39,023 nucleotides of DNA from Octopus bimaculoides (Eukaryota), in NCBI RefSeq assembly GCF_001194135.2, contig NC_068990.1, positions 43,185,351-43,224,373 on the forward strand, given 5' to 3'. Of this stretch, positions 1-9,624 are shown one piece after another (positions within the stretch are counted from its first letter, which is position 1; every line of letters starts with the position of its first letter). A model generated the notes under the pieces. It ran no database searches. It saw only the letters and a list, made by a program, of their open reading frames with translations, and had not been told where the DNA came from. The translations under genes were made by a program, and so were the position numbers.

Positions 1-32
<32 letters not shown>

Positions 33-35
<3 letters not shown>

Positions 36-217
36 AAGGGAAAAGATGACAAAGGAATAAATGATTATCTTATGAACTTCATTTTGCACTTCATGTTTGA
101 AGGGCTGATGATGCTATAAGGTGTTACTCATGCAGTCAATTATGCATCCACTTCAGAAACAACTGTGAGCTAATGAAGTTCATTAGGTAATTGTTTATTC
201 ATTTGTCATCTCTTTGA
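33..217. repeat. Foldback / MITE-like inverted repeat, arms ~50-55 bp
   Basis: Left arm TCAAAGGGAAAAGATGACAAAGGAATAAATGATTATCTTATGAACTTCATTTTGC (33-87) matches the reverse complement of 169-217 (TCAAAGAGATGACAAATGAATAAACAATTACCTAATGAACTTCATTAGC). Starts right after a (TA)n tract. Confidence 0.75.
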
Positions 218-220
218 GTT

Positions 221-505
221 TGGATTTGGTAGACAGAAACTGAAAGAAGCCCATCGTATATATGTATATATATCTATGTCTGTTTGCCTTTGTGTCTGTG
301 TTTGCCTTCATCACCACCACTGCCACCACTTGACAACTCATGTTGGTGCATTTGCATCCCCATAACTTAGCAGTTCGGCAAAAGAGACAAATAGAATAAG
401 TACCAAGCTTTAAAAAATAAGTACTGGGGTCGATTCATTCAACTAGAAATTCAAGGCAGTGCTCCAGCATGGCTGCAGTCTAATGACAGAAAGAAATAAA
501 AAACA
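221..505 (+). mobile_element. SINE family A1, 5'-truncated copy
   Basis: Matches other A1 copies in the window: GGATTTGGTAGACAGAAACTGAAAGAAGCC, microsatellite, then TAGAATAAGTAC...GGGGTCGAT...GTGCTCCAGCATGGC tail. Confidence 0.85.
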
Positions 506-589
506 GAAGGTATGTAATACACTAAACAGAGAAGATAAAGACTCAGCAACAAAACTACAAACAGATGACTGAACCAAATGCCCTGCCAA

Positions 590-968
590 AGACAAGACAA
601 TATAACAACACCAAGTTTACAAGCAACCTTCAGTGCAGATTCATAAATCCAACAAAAAGAGGAGTAAGAATAATAAGGAAAAAGATCTTAAGAGAAATCA
701 GCTTCAAGGGACAACAGACTACCAGACTCAAGCAAGGAACTACAGCAAAAACGTCATGAATAAAAAAAGGAAACAATGACCTATTTGATGGAGTAGAAAC
801 ATAGAAACTGTACATTCTGATAAAACACCCGTTAAGTCCAGCATAAGCATAGGCCAATACATGGAAAGACATTCGCTGGACTGATTAAAAAAGGACTTGA
901 CAAAGACATTTAAAGAGCATGACAGAAGAATAACTGTAGAAACAAACTTATCAGTAGTAACCTATCTC
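590..968 (+). pseudogene. Decayed Penelope-like element (PLE) reverse transcriptase fragments
   Basis: Translations QCRFINPTK..RIIRKKILREI (631-), NDLFDGVET (775-) and KKDLTKTFKEHDRRITVETNLSVVTYL (~888-968) resemble recalled PLE RT motifs (CRLINPAKSEIG, GSFDGAE, ITIEANLKIVNFLD). Stops and large deletions present. Confidence 0.7.
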
Positions 969-970
969 GT

Positions 971-1125
971 CGTTAGGAATGAGAACCCAGGTTCAAAATT
1001 TCCCCAAGACACCTGACGAAGGCTGGAGGGTATATCAGCCGAAACGTTGTGTTAACAACAAACAAGATGAGGACAAATATCCGTCAAATGTAAATAATTC
1101 CTCATCTCTTAAATATAGAACTGTA
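971..1125 (+). mobile_element. Short CpG-intact unit carrying a hammerhead ribozyme (PLE pseudo-LTR or retrozyme-like)
   Basis: Contains the hammerhead at 1008-1053 and an inverted pair AGATGAGGA (1065-1073) / TCCTCATCT (1099-1107). CpGs are retained, unlike the flanking decayed PLE sequence. Confidence 0.6.
1008..1053 (+). ncRNA. Minimal type I hammerhead ribozyme motif
   Basis: Stem I GACAC(1008-12)/GUGUU(1049-53); CUGACGA(1013-19) plus one extra A; stem II GGCUG(1021-25)/CAGCC(1036-40); GAAA(1041-44); palindromic stem III AACGUU; cleavage triplet GUU(1046-48). Confidence 0.8.
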
Positions 1126-1129
1126 TGCA

Positions 1130-1275
1130 CCATCAATTGTTAATTGTTACTGGCATTGGCTCCTTTGACACCACAGAAAATACCAGACAATAGCAGACAA
1201 ATTAGTTACATTCTAAACAGGAGAAATGAAATTGGAACATGATGTAGGCACCAAAATAAAATCATTTTTAAAAAA
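1130..1275 (+). pseudogene. Decayed PLE ORF C-terminal end (endonuclease tail)
   Basis: LNRRNEIGT*CRHQNK (1213-1260) resembles the recalled PLE terminal motif LNKRxELxxxCRHxNK. Preceded by a frameshifted ..KYQTIADK. Confidence 0.6.
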
Positions 1276-1675
1276 TGATCCAAATTCCCAACAAANNNNN
1301 NNNNNNNNNNNNNNNNNNNNNNNNNNNNNNNNNNNNNNNNNNNNNNNNNNNNNNNNNNNNNNNNNNNNNNNNNNNNNNNNNNNNNNNNNNNNNNNNNNNN
1401 NNNNNNNNNNNNNNNNNNNNNNNNNNNNNNNNNNNNNNNNNNNNNNNNNNNNNNNNNNNNNNNNNNNNNNNNNNNNNNNNNNNNNNNNNNNNNNNNNNNN
1501 NNNNNNNNNNNNNNNNNNNNNNNNNNNNNNNNNNNNNNNNNNNNNNNNNNNNNNNNNNNNNNNNNNNNNNNNNNNNNNNNNNNNNNNNNNNNNNNNNNNN
1601 NNNNNNNNNNNNNNNNNNNNNNNNNNNNNNNNNNNNNNNNNNNNNNNNNNNNNNNNNNNNNNNNNNNNNNNNNNN

Positions 1676-1717
<42 letters not shown>

Positions 1718-1913
1718 TATGCTTGTGCATATACACACTTATACAAACCCAGAGAACAGATGAACAATATACCCTTTGACATCTTACCCACCATACACTC
1801 ACATACACAAATAGTTTTTCAAAAGAAGAAAATAAAATTCCATCTCAATGCCAACAAGCATATACACTCACAAAACAATTCCAAATAAATCTTTTAACAA
1901 CTCGACACATTAA

Positions 1914-2216
1914 CCCTTAAATGGCAGAAAAGGATTGTATGAATGTGTGTCCCAAATGGACAGAAAACAAAAATATATCTCTTTTCCTTAAGAGCAGTTT
2001 ATATACTACATATTTCTACTTTAAATAAGTACAAAATCTATGATAATTTTTAGTCTCTTGCACAATAAAATTTATAATCTCATTATCAAAAAGTGCCATA
2101 AAATATTTGCTTTCCTTTGTTGATGGTCATATCCATGTAAAACTTTTGAAACATGAATTTGTGATGTCCGCTATTCTTGAATGAAACATCAATTGATGAT
2201 GTCAGCCAATTAAGGG
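1914..2216. mobile_element. piggyBac-type non-autonomous element (MITE)
   Basis: TTAA at 1910-1913 and 2217-2220. TIRs CCCTTAAATGGCAGA vs reverse-complement CCCTTAATTGGCTGA (13/15). TTAA TSD with CCC..GGG ends is the established piggyBac signature. Confidence 0.7.
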
Positions 2217-2726
2217 TTAAAAAACCCTCATCTGTAAAGCACCATTCATTATGGATATATTTACTCACAATAGATATGTTCATAATTAGATTTACAGCAA
2301 ATGGTTCATAATTAACTTTTCTCAAAGTAACATTCACCATCTTACAATATGCTTTTCTATACAAAAAAAGGAAAAAAGAAATAAAAACATGCCCTACCAC
2401 CAACCCACTAATAAATCATAAACAATCAATAACACACCCTCCCAACACCAACTGCAGAAATACAAAAAAAACACATCACACAAAAGATAATCTAAACAAC
2501 CAATGAAGACACCCAAAAAACAACACCACCCAGTAAATGTGAAACACAAACCAATGAACAAGCATCATGCAGTGGGAACCACATACACCATCCATACCAA
2601 GTTGTAATAGATCTCACCTGATGATCACAATGACATGAAACTCAAGCTGCATCAAACACTCATTCTCAATAAAACCATATTCACTACAATGTACTCTTTG
2701 CTCCTCTTTCATTTGTCTAACATAAT

Positions 2727-2760
<34 letters not shown>

Positions 2761-2854
2761 ATGTGTATTGTTTTGTATTTGGTCTGTTTCAAATTTCACC
2801 ATTCCAAAAATAAATTCTTCTTGACATGTTTAAACATCCAGTAAACTCTATAAA

Positions 2855-2978
2855 ATTGGTTTGCATTAGGAAGAGCATCCAGCCAAAACAGATAATTGGA
2901 GCCTAGGCAGCTCTCAGGCTGACCAGCTCCAGTCAAACTGTCCAACATGGAAAATTGACTTTAAATGATGATGATGAT
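2855..2978 (+). mobile_element. RTE-type 3' tail fragment ending in (GAT)n
   Basis: TTAGGAAGAGCATCCAGC...TTGGAGCC...CAGTCAAACTGTCCAAC...TTAAATGATGATG matches the tails at 10510-10690 and 21760-21900 (-). Confidence 0.75.
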
Positions 2979-3147
2979 ATATTTCTTTACCTATATACAT
3001 ATAAAGATATATATATATACTCATATATACTTATATATCCTTGTATATTCCTATATAAATACCTAACACACACACACACACACACATATGCACTTACACA
3101 CATAATTTTAATGTTTGCATGCATGATAATTAGGCACAAAGAGAAAA

Positions 3148-3190
<43 letters not shown>

Positions 3191-3599
3191 TGTGGATGGA
3201 TGTATAGATATATACACATGCATGAACAGATAATTCACTTGAATATAGATAATATATTTTCAGTTCCTATCAATCCACTTAATTCAAAGTCTTACATTAA
3301 TTATGATATTAAATTTACCATTAAATCAAAAATATGCCAAATATGGAAGCATTCTTGAATTTCACAAGTTTTTACTTATCAAAAATTAATAAGAGTTGTA
3401 AACATTAGAATGTAGAGATAGAAAAATAGAATTGTAGATTTTGTAAAGAGATTGGTAGCCATGTTTCTACTTACTACAAAGTAGTCAAGGTAATTGAGAA
3501 ATGAAAGTCACAGAACAGCAACTACTTTCTTGTAGCACATGTGTGTGCATGTGTGTGTGTGTATATACATATATTTAAACACATATACATCAATATAGA

Positions 3600-3652
<53 letters not shown>

Positions 3653-3723
3653 GTATGTATATATATGTACATATATATGTGTGTATGTATATATATATAT
3701 ATATATCTATATATATATATATA

Positions 3724-3849
3724 CAGGGTGTCCACAAGGTCTGAGTACATTGAGTAACTAAATCATAACATAAACAATTAAATATAAGAAATAATAATTT
3801 CTTAAAGCATGTGTTAATCTTCATGTACCCAGACTTTGTGGACACCCTG
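3724..3849. mobile_element. 126-bp Tc1/mariner-type MITE
   Basis: 27-bp TIRs CAGGGTGTCCACAAGGTCTGAGTACAT (3724-50) and ATGTACCCAGACTTTGTGGACACCCTG (3823-49), 25/27 match. TA on both sides, inside a (TA)n tract. Confidence 0.9.
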
Positions 3850-3883
3850 TATATATATATATATATATATGTAGTTTTTACAT

Positions 3884-4135
3884 TTTTATAAGGCCAGAAC
3901 AATGCAAGTTATCAGAAATTATATAAGTCAATGATTTATATTTTACTTTCTGTTTCAGTGTTTCCAGATTTGCTGACTCCTCTGTTCTGAACAGATAAAT
4001 CAACTCACAAAATTATTTCCATAAAGATTTCCCAAAAAAGTACTGATAATCCCGAAATATTGAAATACAAGATAAAAGTACAAAGCATCGACTTTTATTA
4101 TTTCTTATAACTTGTAGTTTTGGATTTATATAAAA
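3884..4135. repeat. Old AT-rich foldback element, arms ~87 bp
   Basis: 3884-3970 (..GCAAGTTATCAGAAATTATATAAGTCAATGATTT..) aligns to the reverse complement of 4048-4135 (..ACAAGTTATAAGAAATAATAAAAGTCGATGCTTT..) at roughly 75%. Confidence 0.65.
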
Positions 4136-4211
4136 CTATTTGTCTTTACATCAAATCCCCCAAAAACATTTATATATGTATCAGACAATGCTTCATACAA
4201 ACTATACAACT

Positions 4212-4245
<34 letters not shown>

Positions 4246-4450
4246 TTTATGTATATATTAATATTATCTCAGTTATTAAAACTTTCGATAATTTGAATAC
4301 ATTAATAGTTACCAGAGGTAGCAAAATTACACTAAAAAACAAGATATCCCAACCGTTTTACAGGTTGATATACTGATTTAAAGTGATACATTTTGAGAGG
4401 ATATGGATAATAATAAATGGAGCAAGACGCATGCCGATGAAAGTTCCTTT

Positions 4451-4543
4451 AATTCCTACATATATGTTTCAAAATAAATGATCGTACTTTCACAAAGAAG
4501 AAAGAGCTGTTGGGGTCCTCATTCATTTCTCTTCAGGGAGATC
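4451..4543 (-). ncRNA. Type I hammerhead ribozyme motif with extended stem II
   Basis: Minus strand: stem I GAUCUCC/GGAAUU (one bulged C); CUGAAGA (4536-4530); 11-bp stem II GAAAUGAAUGA/UCAUUUAUUUU; 37-nt loop; GAAAC (4470-4466); palindromic stem III ACAUAUAUGU; cleavage triplet GUA (4459-4457). Confidence 0.75.
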
Positions 4544-4653
4544 ATAATAAAACATGTAATAGCAAGACAAAAACGAAAGCTGTAAACAAAAGCTGTAAAC
4601 AAACCTTCTAACGGTCACTGACCATGTAATATCTCGGCCCATAAGTTACTCCA

Positions 4654-4693
<40 letters not shown>

Positions 4694-5174
4694 NNNNNNN
4701 NNNNNNNNNNNNNNNNNNNNNNNNNNNNNNNNNNNNNNNNNNNNNNNNNNNNNNNNNNNNNNNNNNNNNNNNNNNNNNNNNNNNNNNNNNNNNNNNNNNN
4801 NNNNNNNNNNNNNNNNNNNNNNNNNNNNNNNNNNNNNNNNNNNNNNNNNNNNNNNNNNNNNNNNNNNNNNNNNNNNNNNNNNNNNNNNNNNNNNNNNNNN
4901 NNNNNNNNNNNNNNNNNNNNNNNNNNNNNNNNNNNNNNNNNNNNNNNNNNNNNNNNNNNNNNNNNNNNNNNNNNNNNNNNNNNNNNNNNNNNNNNNNNNN
5001 NNNNNNNNNNNNNNNNNNNNNNNNNNNNNNNNNNNNNNNNNNNNNNNNNNNNNNNNNNNNNNNNNNNNNNNNNNNNNNNNNNNNNNNNNNNNNNNNNNNN
5101 NNNNNNNNNNNNNNNNNNNNNNNNNNNNNNNNNNNNNNNGAACTTGTATATCTGTCAATAGAGTGGATATATTA

Positions 5175-5682
5175 TCTGAAGTGTACAATATTCTTTCCAC
5201 AATACCCAAAACTTTTGGGGAGGAGGCCAGTCGATTAGATCGACCCAGTATGCAACTGGTACTTAATTTATCAACCCCGAAAGGATGAAAGTCAAAGTCA
5301 ACCTTGGCACAATTTGAACTCAGAACATAAAGACAGATGAAATACTACTAAGCATTTCGCCCGGCATGCTAACATTTCTGCCAGCACACTGCCTCTTAAA
5401 GAGTACAATATCAAATATTTCCGTTACAGCCAATCTTACCAACTGGTTTTGTGCCAGGGATTCAAATGGAGCGTTAGGTAACAATACAATAATGTAACTC
5501 TGCACTTATCAGAGATAGATGAAATGGAATGAAATATAACGCCACATTTCATTCCATATTGGCTACCTCTAATGAGCACAGGGTTACATAATTGGATTGT
5601 TACTTAACACTCCATTGAATTCCTGGTGTGAAACCAATTGTAATATTGACCATAATGGATATGTAATATTGTACACTTCGAA
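5175..5682. mobile_element. TA-flanked foldback MITE (arms ~135-145 bp, 10-nt loop) interrupted by a SINE
   Basis: 5403-5535 pairs with 5546-5672 around loop ATAACGCCAC. Termini TCTGAAGTGTACAATAT (5175-) and ATATTGTACACTTCGAA (-5682), TA outside both. A further single arm lies at 26362-26510. Confidence 0.8.
5192..5402 (-). mobile_element. SINE family C (C2 tail) inserted in the foldback arm
   Basis: Reverse complement carries the C head (..GCTGGCAGAAATGTTAGCATGCCGGGCGAAATGCTTAG..GAGTTCAAATT) and CTTTCATCCTTTCGGGGTTGATAAATTAAGTACCAG. Flanked by the duplication GTACAATAT (5183-91, 5403-11). Confidence 0.85.
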
Positions 5683-5714
5683 TATATATATAGATATATC
5701 GTTTTTTCTTTTTA

Positions 5715-5877
5715 TCTTTTTATTTTTTACTCATATCTGTCATTTGACAGAGGCCATGCTGGGGCACTGCCTTGCTGAATTTTTAGTCTAACGAGTCAAT
5801 CCAAATACATATTTTTTTTTTAGCCTAGCACTTATTCCGTTGGTCTCTTTTACTGATTCGGAGGACAAACATGAACA

Positions 5878-5914
<37 letters not shown>

Positions 5915-5924
5915 NNNNNNNNNN

Positions 5925-5959
<35 letters not shown>

Positions 5960-6110
5960 ACACACATATATACCCACACATACACAATAAGCTTCTTTCA
6001 GTTTCCATCTAAATCCACTTCCTGAAGTTATAGTAGAAGATACTTGCCCAGTGTGCCCCACAGTGGGACTAAACTCATAACTATGTGGTTGAGAAGTACA
6101 TCCTTTATGT
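5715..6110 (-). mobile_element. SINE family A1, decayed, with internal (CA)n
   Basis: Similarity to the A1 copies at 24943-25478 and 32415-32857. Confidence 0.8.
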
Positions 6111-6134
6111 GTATATTATTTATTTATGTGCCCT

Positions 6135-6203
6135 ATTAAAGCCTAGCCAGGCTCATGGGCCCAGTTTCCCGGTTTCTATGGCATATGTGTTCCCCCCAGC
6201 TGG
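6135..6203 (-). mobile_element. SINE family G 3' fragment
   Basis: GGCTCATGGGCCCAGTTTCCCGGTTTC resembles GACTCATAAGGGCCAGTTTCCTGATTTC at ~32270. Confidence 0.55.
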
Positions 6204-6235
6204 TTCCCCTTCATATGCATATATGTATATATATA

Positions 6236-7285
6236 TTAGGTCGTTCCATAAATAATGCAGTTTTTTAATACTTCTTTATTTTTCTAAATTAAGATAAACA
6301 AAGTTATTTTTTAATCTAAAATATACTCTTCTTCATTTTCTATAATGCTCTTCCATCTATCTGGTAGACTTGAAAGCCCCCTCTTCCAAAATTCACTTGT
6401 CTGTGATGAAAAATACTCCTCCAGTACTATTCTGACCTCGTCTACAGAATTCATAGTTTCCATCCAAATGATTTTGCAGATTGTGGAATAAATGATAATC
6501 AGATAGGCAATGTCCAGGGAATATAGTGGGTGGAGCATCGTTTTCCATTCAAACTGCTCCAGCCTTTGGAATGTCATCCTCACTATATGTGGCCGAGCAC
6601 AATCCTGATGGGATAACACCTTTCATCTTGAAACCAAAGATGGTCGTTTTTCTTCTAGTGCTGACTGAAGCTGCTTAAGCTGCTCACAGTAGATCATCTT
6701 TGTTATCGTTTGGTTTAGGTTTAAAAGTTCAAAGTAGACTAAACCTTTCATATCCTACCAAACAGATAACAATACCTTATGTGGGTGGAGACCTTCTTTA
6801 GCCTGAGGTGCTGCTGTTTCTCCTTTCCCTACCCACTGTCTTCAGCGCTTGACATTTTTATAAAGAACCCATTTCTCATCACCAGTCACTATTCGGTCCA
6901 AAAATGGTTCATTCGTGAGACATGACTGCAAAGTAGAGCACACATTCACTCTCTGCACACAATTAGAACCAGAAAGTTTGTGAGGTACCCGTTGACCCAA
7001 TTTGCTGAATTTTCCAATGGCACGTAGGTGTTAATGAATAGTTGAATGACCAAATCCAAGCTTCTCTGCTAGTTCCTCAAGTTACAATGGGATTTTGTTC
7101 CACCAGGGTTTGCAGGATGTCCTCATCAAGTGCTACAGACCTTCCAGGATGAGGCTTGTCTTCTAGGCTGTAGTTTCCAGCTTGGAATTTCTGGAACCAC
7201 TGTTCACACTGGGTTACACTTATTGTCTGATCCCTATATAATGCATTAATATTCCTTGCACTTTCCATTGCATTGTTGCCTTCAT
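6236..7285 (-). pseudogene. Mariner (DD34D-type) transposase pseudogene, 5' end lost
   Basis: Near full-length translation with stops and frameshifts: ESARNINALY..QWFQKFQAGNYSLED, RVPHKL, FLDRIVTGDEKW, LLSVW*DMKG, HQDCARPH, HPLYSLDIA(P)SDYHLF, EEYILD*. One TIR TTAGGTCGTTCC.. follows a TA at 6234-35. Confidence 0.95.
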
Positions 7286-7287
7286 TG

Positions 7288-7453
7288 AAAAGAAAATACA
7301 GGAGGATCAGTTTATTATAATTTTATTCAACGTATTCCTCTCTCAGATTCACACAATTTTTTTTAAAGTCCTGTAAAAGAACTTAGAAGATTGAGCCTCC
7401 AACTGGGCCTTTCATGATACCCTTAAAGCCAGGAACTTTTCAGCACTCCCTTC
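7288..7453. mobile_element. Mariner-derived MITE (family H), one end missing
   Basis: Colinear with 11431-11648. Ends AAAGCCAGGAACTTTTCAGCACTCCCTTC followed by TA. Confidence 0.8.
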
Positions 7454-8457
7454 TATATTGAAGTGGTCTTACAGGGCTGGAGAACTCTCCCTACCCAGTA
7501 GTTGTCAGACGGATGTCAAAGAAGGCACTGGACTGCATGAAAGACTCTGCTACTTTATTTACTGCTGAATTTGACACCCCTAGCCTTCTCCTTTCCCAAG
7601 GAACTCACAAGGCAATTAGAGTACACATAAATGCATATGGTTACACATGCAGCTGCCCAATTGATATTGTCTAAAGTCCAATGAAAGAACTGTTTCAGGG
7701 TTAAAGAGTGGTTCTTTTGTCAGTGGTTCTTTTGTCAGTGGTAAGAAATTAAAAAAATACAACCACAAGAACATATATACATATCACAAGACAACTGGAA
7801 ATTAACTGAAATAGAATACCAATATTTTGGAACAATATCTGATTTTGTAAAATCAGAATTGCTTTAACATATAGACATACATACACATCATCATCATCAT
7901 CATCATCATCACTATTTTCACTTCCTTATTTTTCATGCCTATTAATATATATCAGAATATATGTGTGCGTGCGTATATATATATATATATATNNNNNNNN
8001 NNNNNNNNNNNNNNNNNNNNNNNNNNNNNNNNNNNNNNNNNNNNNNNNNNNNNNNNNNNNNNNNNNNNNNNNNNNNNNNNNNNNNNNNNNNNNNNNNNNN
8101 NNNNNNNNNNNNNNNNNNNNNNNNNNNNNNNNNNNNNNNNNNNNNNNNNNNNNNNNNNNNNNNNNNNNNNNNNNNNNNNNNNNNNNNNNNNNNNNNNNNN
8201 NNNNNNNNNNNNNNNNNNNNNNNNNNNNNNNNNNNNNNNNNNNNNNNNNNNNNNNNNNNNNNNNNNNNNNNNNNNNNNNNNNNNNNNNNNNNNNNNNNNN
8301 NNNNNNNNNNNNNNNNNNNNNNNNNNNNNNNNNNNNNNNNNNNNNNNNNNNNNNNNNNNNNNNNNNNNNNNNNNNNNNNNNNNNNNNNNNNNNNNNNNNN
8401 NNNNNNNNNNNNNNNNNNNNNNNNNNNNNNNNNNNNNNNNNNNNNNNNNNNNNNNNN

Positions 8458-8510
<53 letters not shown>

Positions 8511-9194
8511 ATATATATATATATATATTTATGTATCTATCTATTTTCATTTTGTGTTGCTGTTCTTGTTTTTAATGTTGAAGATGACATAAAAGGCACA
8601 TAGAATAGAATTACTTGAAAGACATAAGTTAAGTTTTAAATATCTAACATTCCTGATGTTAGATATGTCTTTTAACAGAGATTGTATTCCTTGCTTATTT
8701 GCTCTTGATAATGAACAAAGAAAATTGGTACAGAGCCAAGGAAGTATTCGAATTGGCAATGTTGGACACCTATCACAATTGTATTTAGTGAATGTTTACA
8801 GATTACAGCTTTCTAGAACTAGTTGTAATTTATTGGTGTTTGTTCTTTTTGTATCAATAAAGAATTACAGAATCACACAATGGAATCTGCTATTATTAAA
8901 GACAGAGCAAGGATCTGACTATAACAGTACTGTTTGCTCTATCGATGCTATCAAACAGAATTGGTGTAATTTGGATTTCAAGGATTTCATGTTGAGATTG
9001 CATTACAAGAATCTATAAATGTTTGAAATCTTTCAGAGATGGAAATCTTATTGACATGCAAAATATCATGTTTTGTTTAACCATTTTGTAACCATGTTTT
9101 TAAGGAAAACTAGCTATAGGCACCGAATAATTTTTAAAATGATCGAGTACTTGGAAAGATTTACTAAACTAACTTCTCTATCATTATATTGTAT

Positions 9195-9358
9195 CAGTCT
9201 TTTTTGCTGAACTGTTAGGTTACGGGGATGTAAGCACATCAACATTGGTTATCAAGCAGGGGTGATGGTGAGACAAAACACAGACAAAAGGGCTTACACA
9301 CACACACACACACCACGACAGGGTTCTTTCAGTTTCCATCTCCCAAATTCACTCACAT
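9195..9358 (-). mobile_element. SINE family A1, central fragment
   Basis: TTTTGCTGAACTGTTAGGTTACGGGGATGTAA...(CA)n...TTCTTTCAGTTTCCATC matches the A1 body. Confidence 0.8.
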
Positions 9359-9359
9359 A

Positions 9360-9544
9360 GGCGCAGCAGCAGCTGTGTGGTAAGAAGCTTGCTTCCCAAC
9401 CACATGGTTTTGAGTTCAGTTCCACTGACTGACACTCTGGGCAAGTGTCTTATACTATTGCTTTGGGCTGACCAAAGCCTTGCGAGTAGATTTGGTAGAT
9501 GGAGACTGAAAGAAGCCCATCATATATATATATATATATATACA

Positions 9545-9624
<80 letters not shown>

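Noticed and set aside
105-170. CTGATGA...GAAAC as a third hammerhead
   Set aside because: No stem II adjacent to GAAA, no NUH triplet and no stem I pairing. Explained as the centre of the 33-217 foldback.
2086-2403. 105-aa minus-strand ORF with an acceptor-like TTTACAG
   Set aside because: It runs across the boundary of the piggyBac-type MITE (1914-2216) and has no recognisable homology.
2618-2716. Open 99-bp segment ending at donor CAG|GTGAGA (minus strand)
   Set aside because: Weak acceptor abutting a (CA)n tract, and the peptide is unrecognised.
7708-7742. 15-bp tandem duplication GTGGTTCTTTTGTCA
   Set aside because: An ordinary slippage duplication with no further structure.
8656-9018. 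120-aa plus-strand ORF; EQRKLVQSQGSIRIG resembles the RERE/atrophin motif ETRRLNSTQGEIRVG
   Set aside because: The following PSHQA motif is absent, there is no convincing donor site, and the flanking residues do not match. An ORF this long is plausible by chance in 39 kb. A BLASTx would settle it.
9360-9440. tRNA-like sequences here and at other A, C, E and G heads as tRNA genes
   Set aside because: They keep A/B-box motifs but no full cloverleaf, and they continue into SINE bodies.
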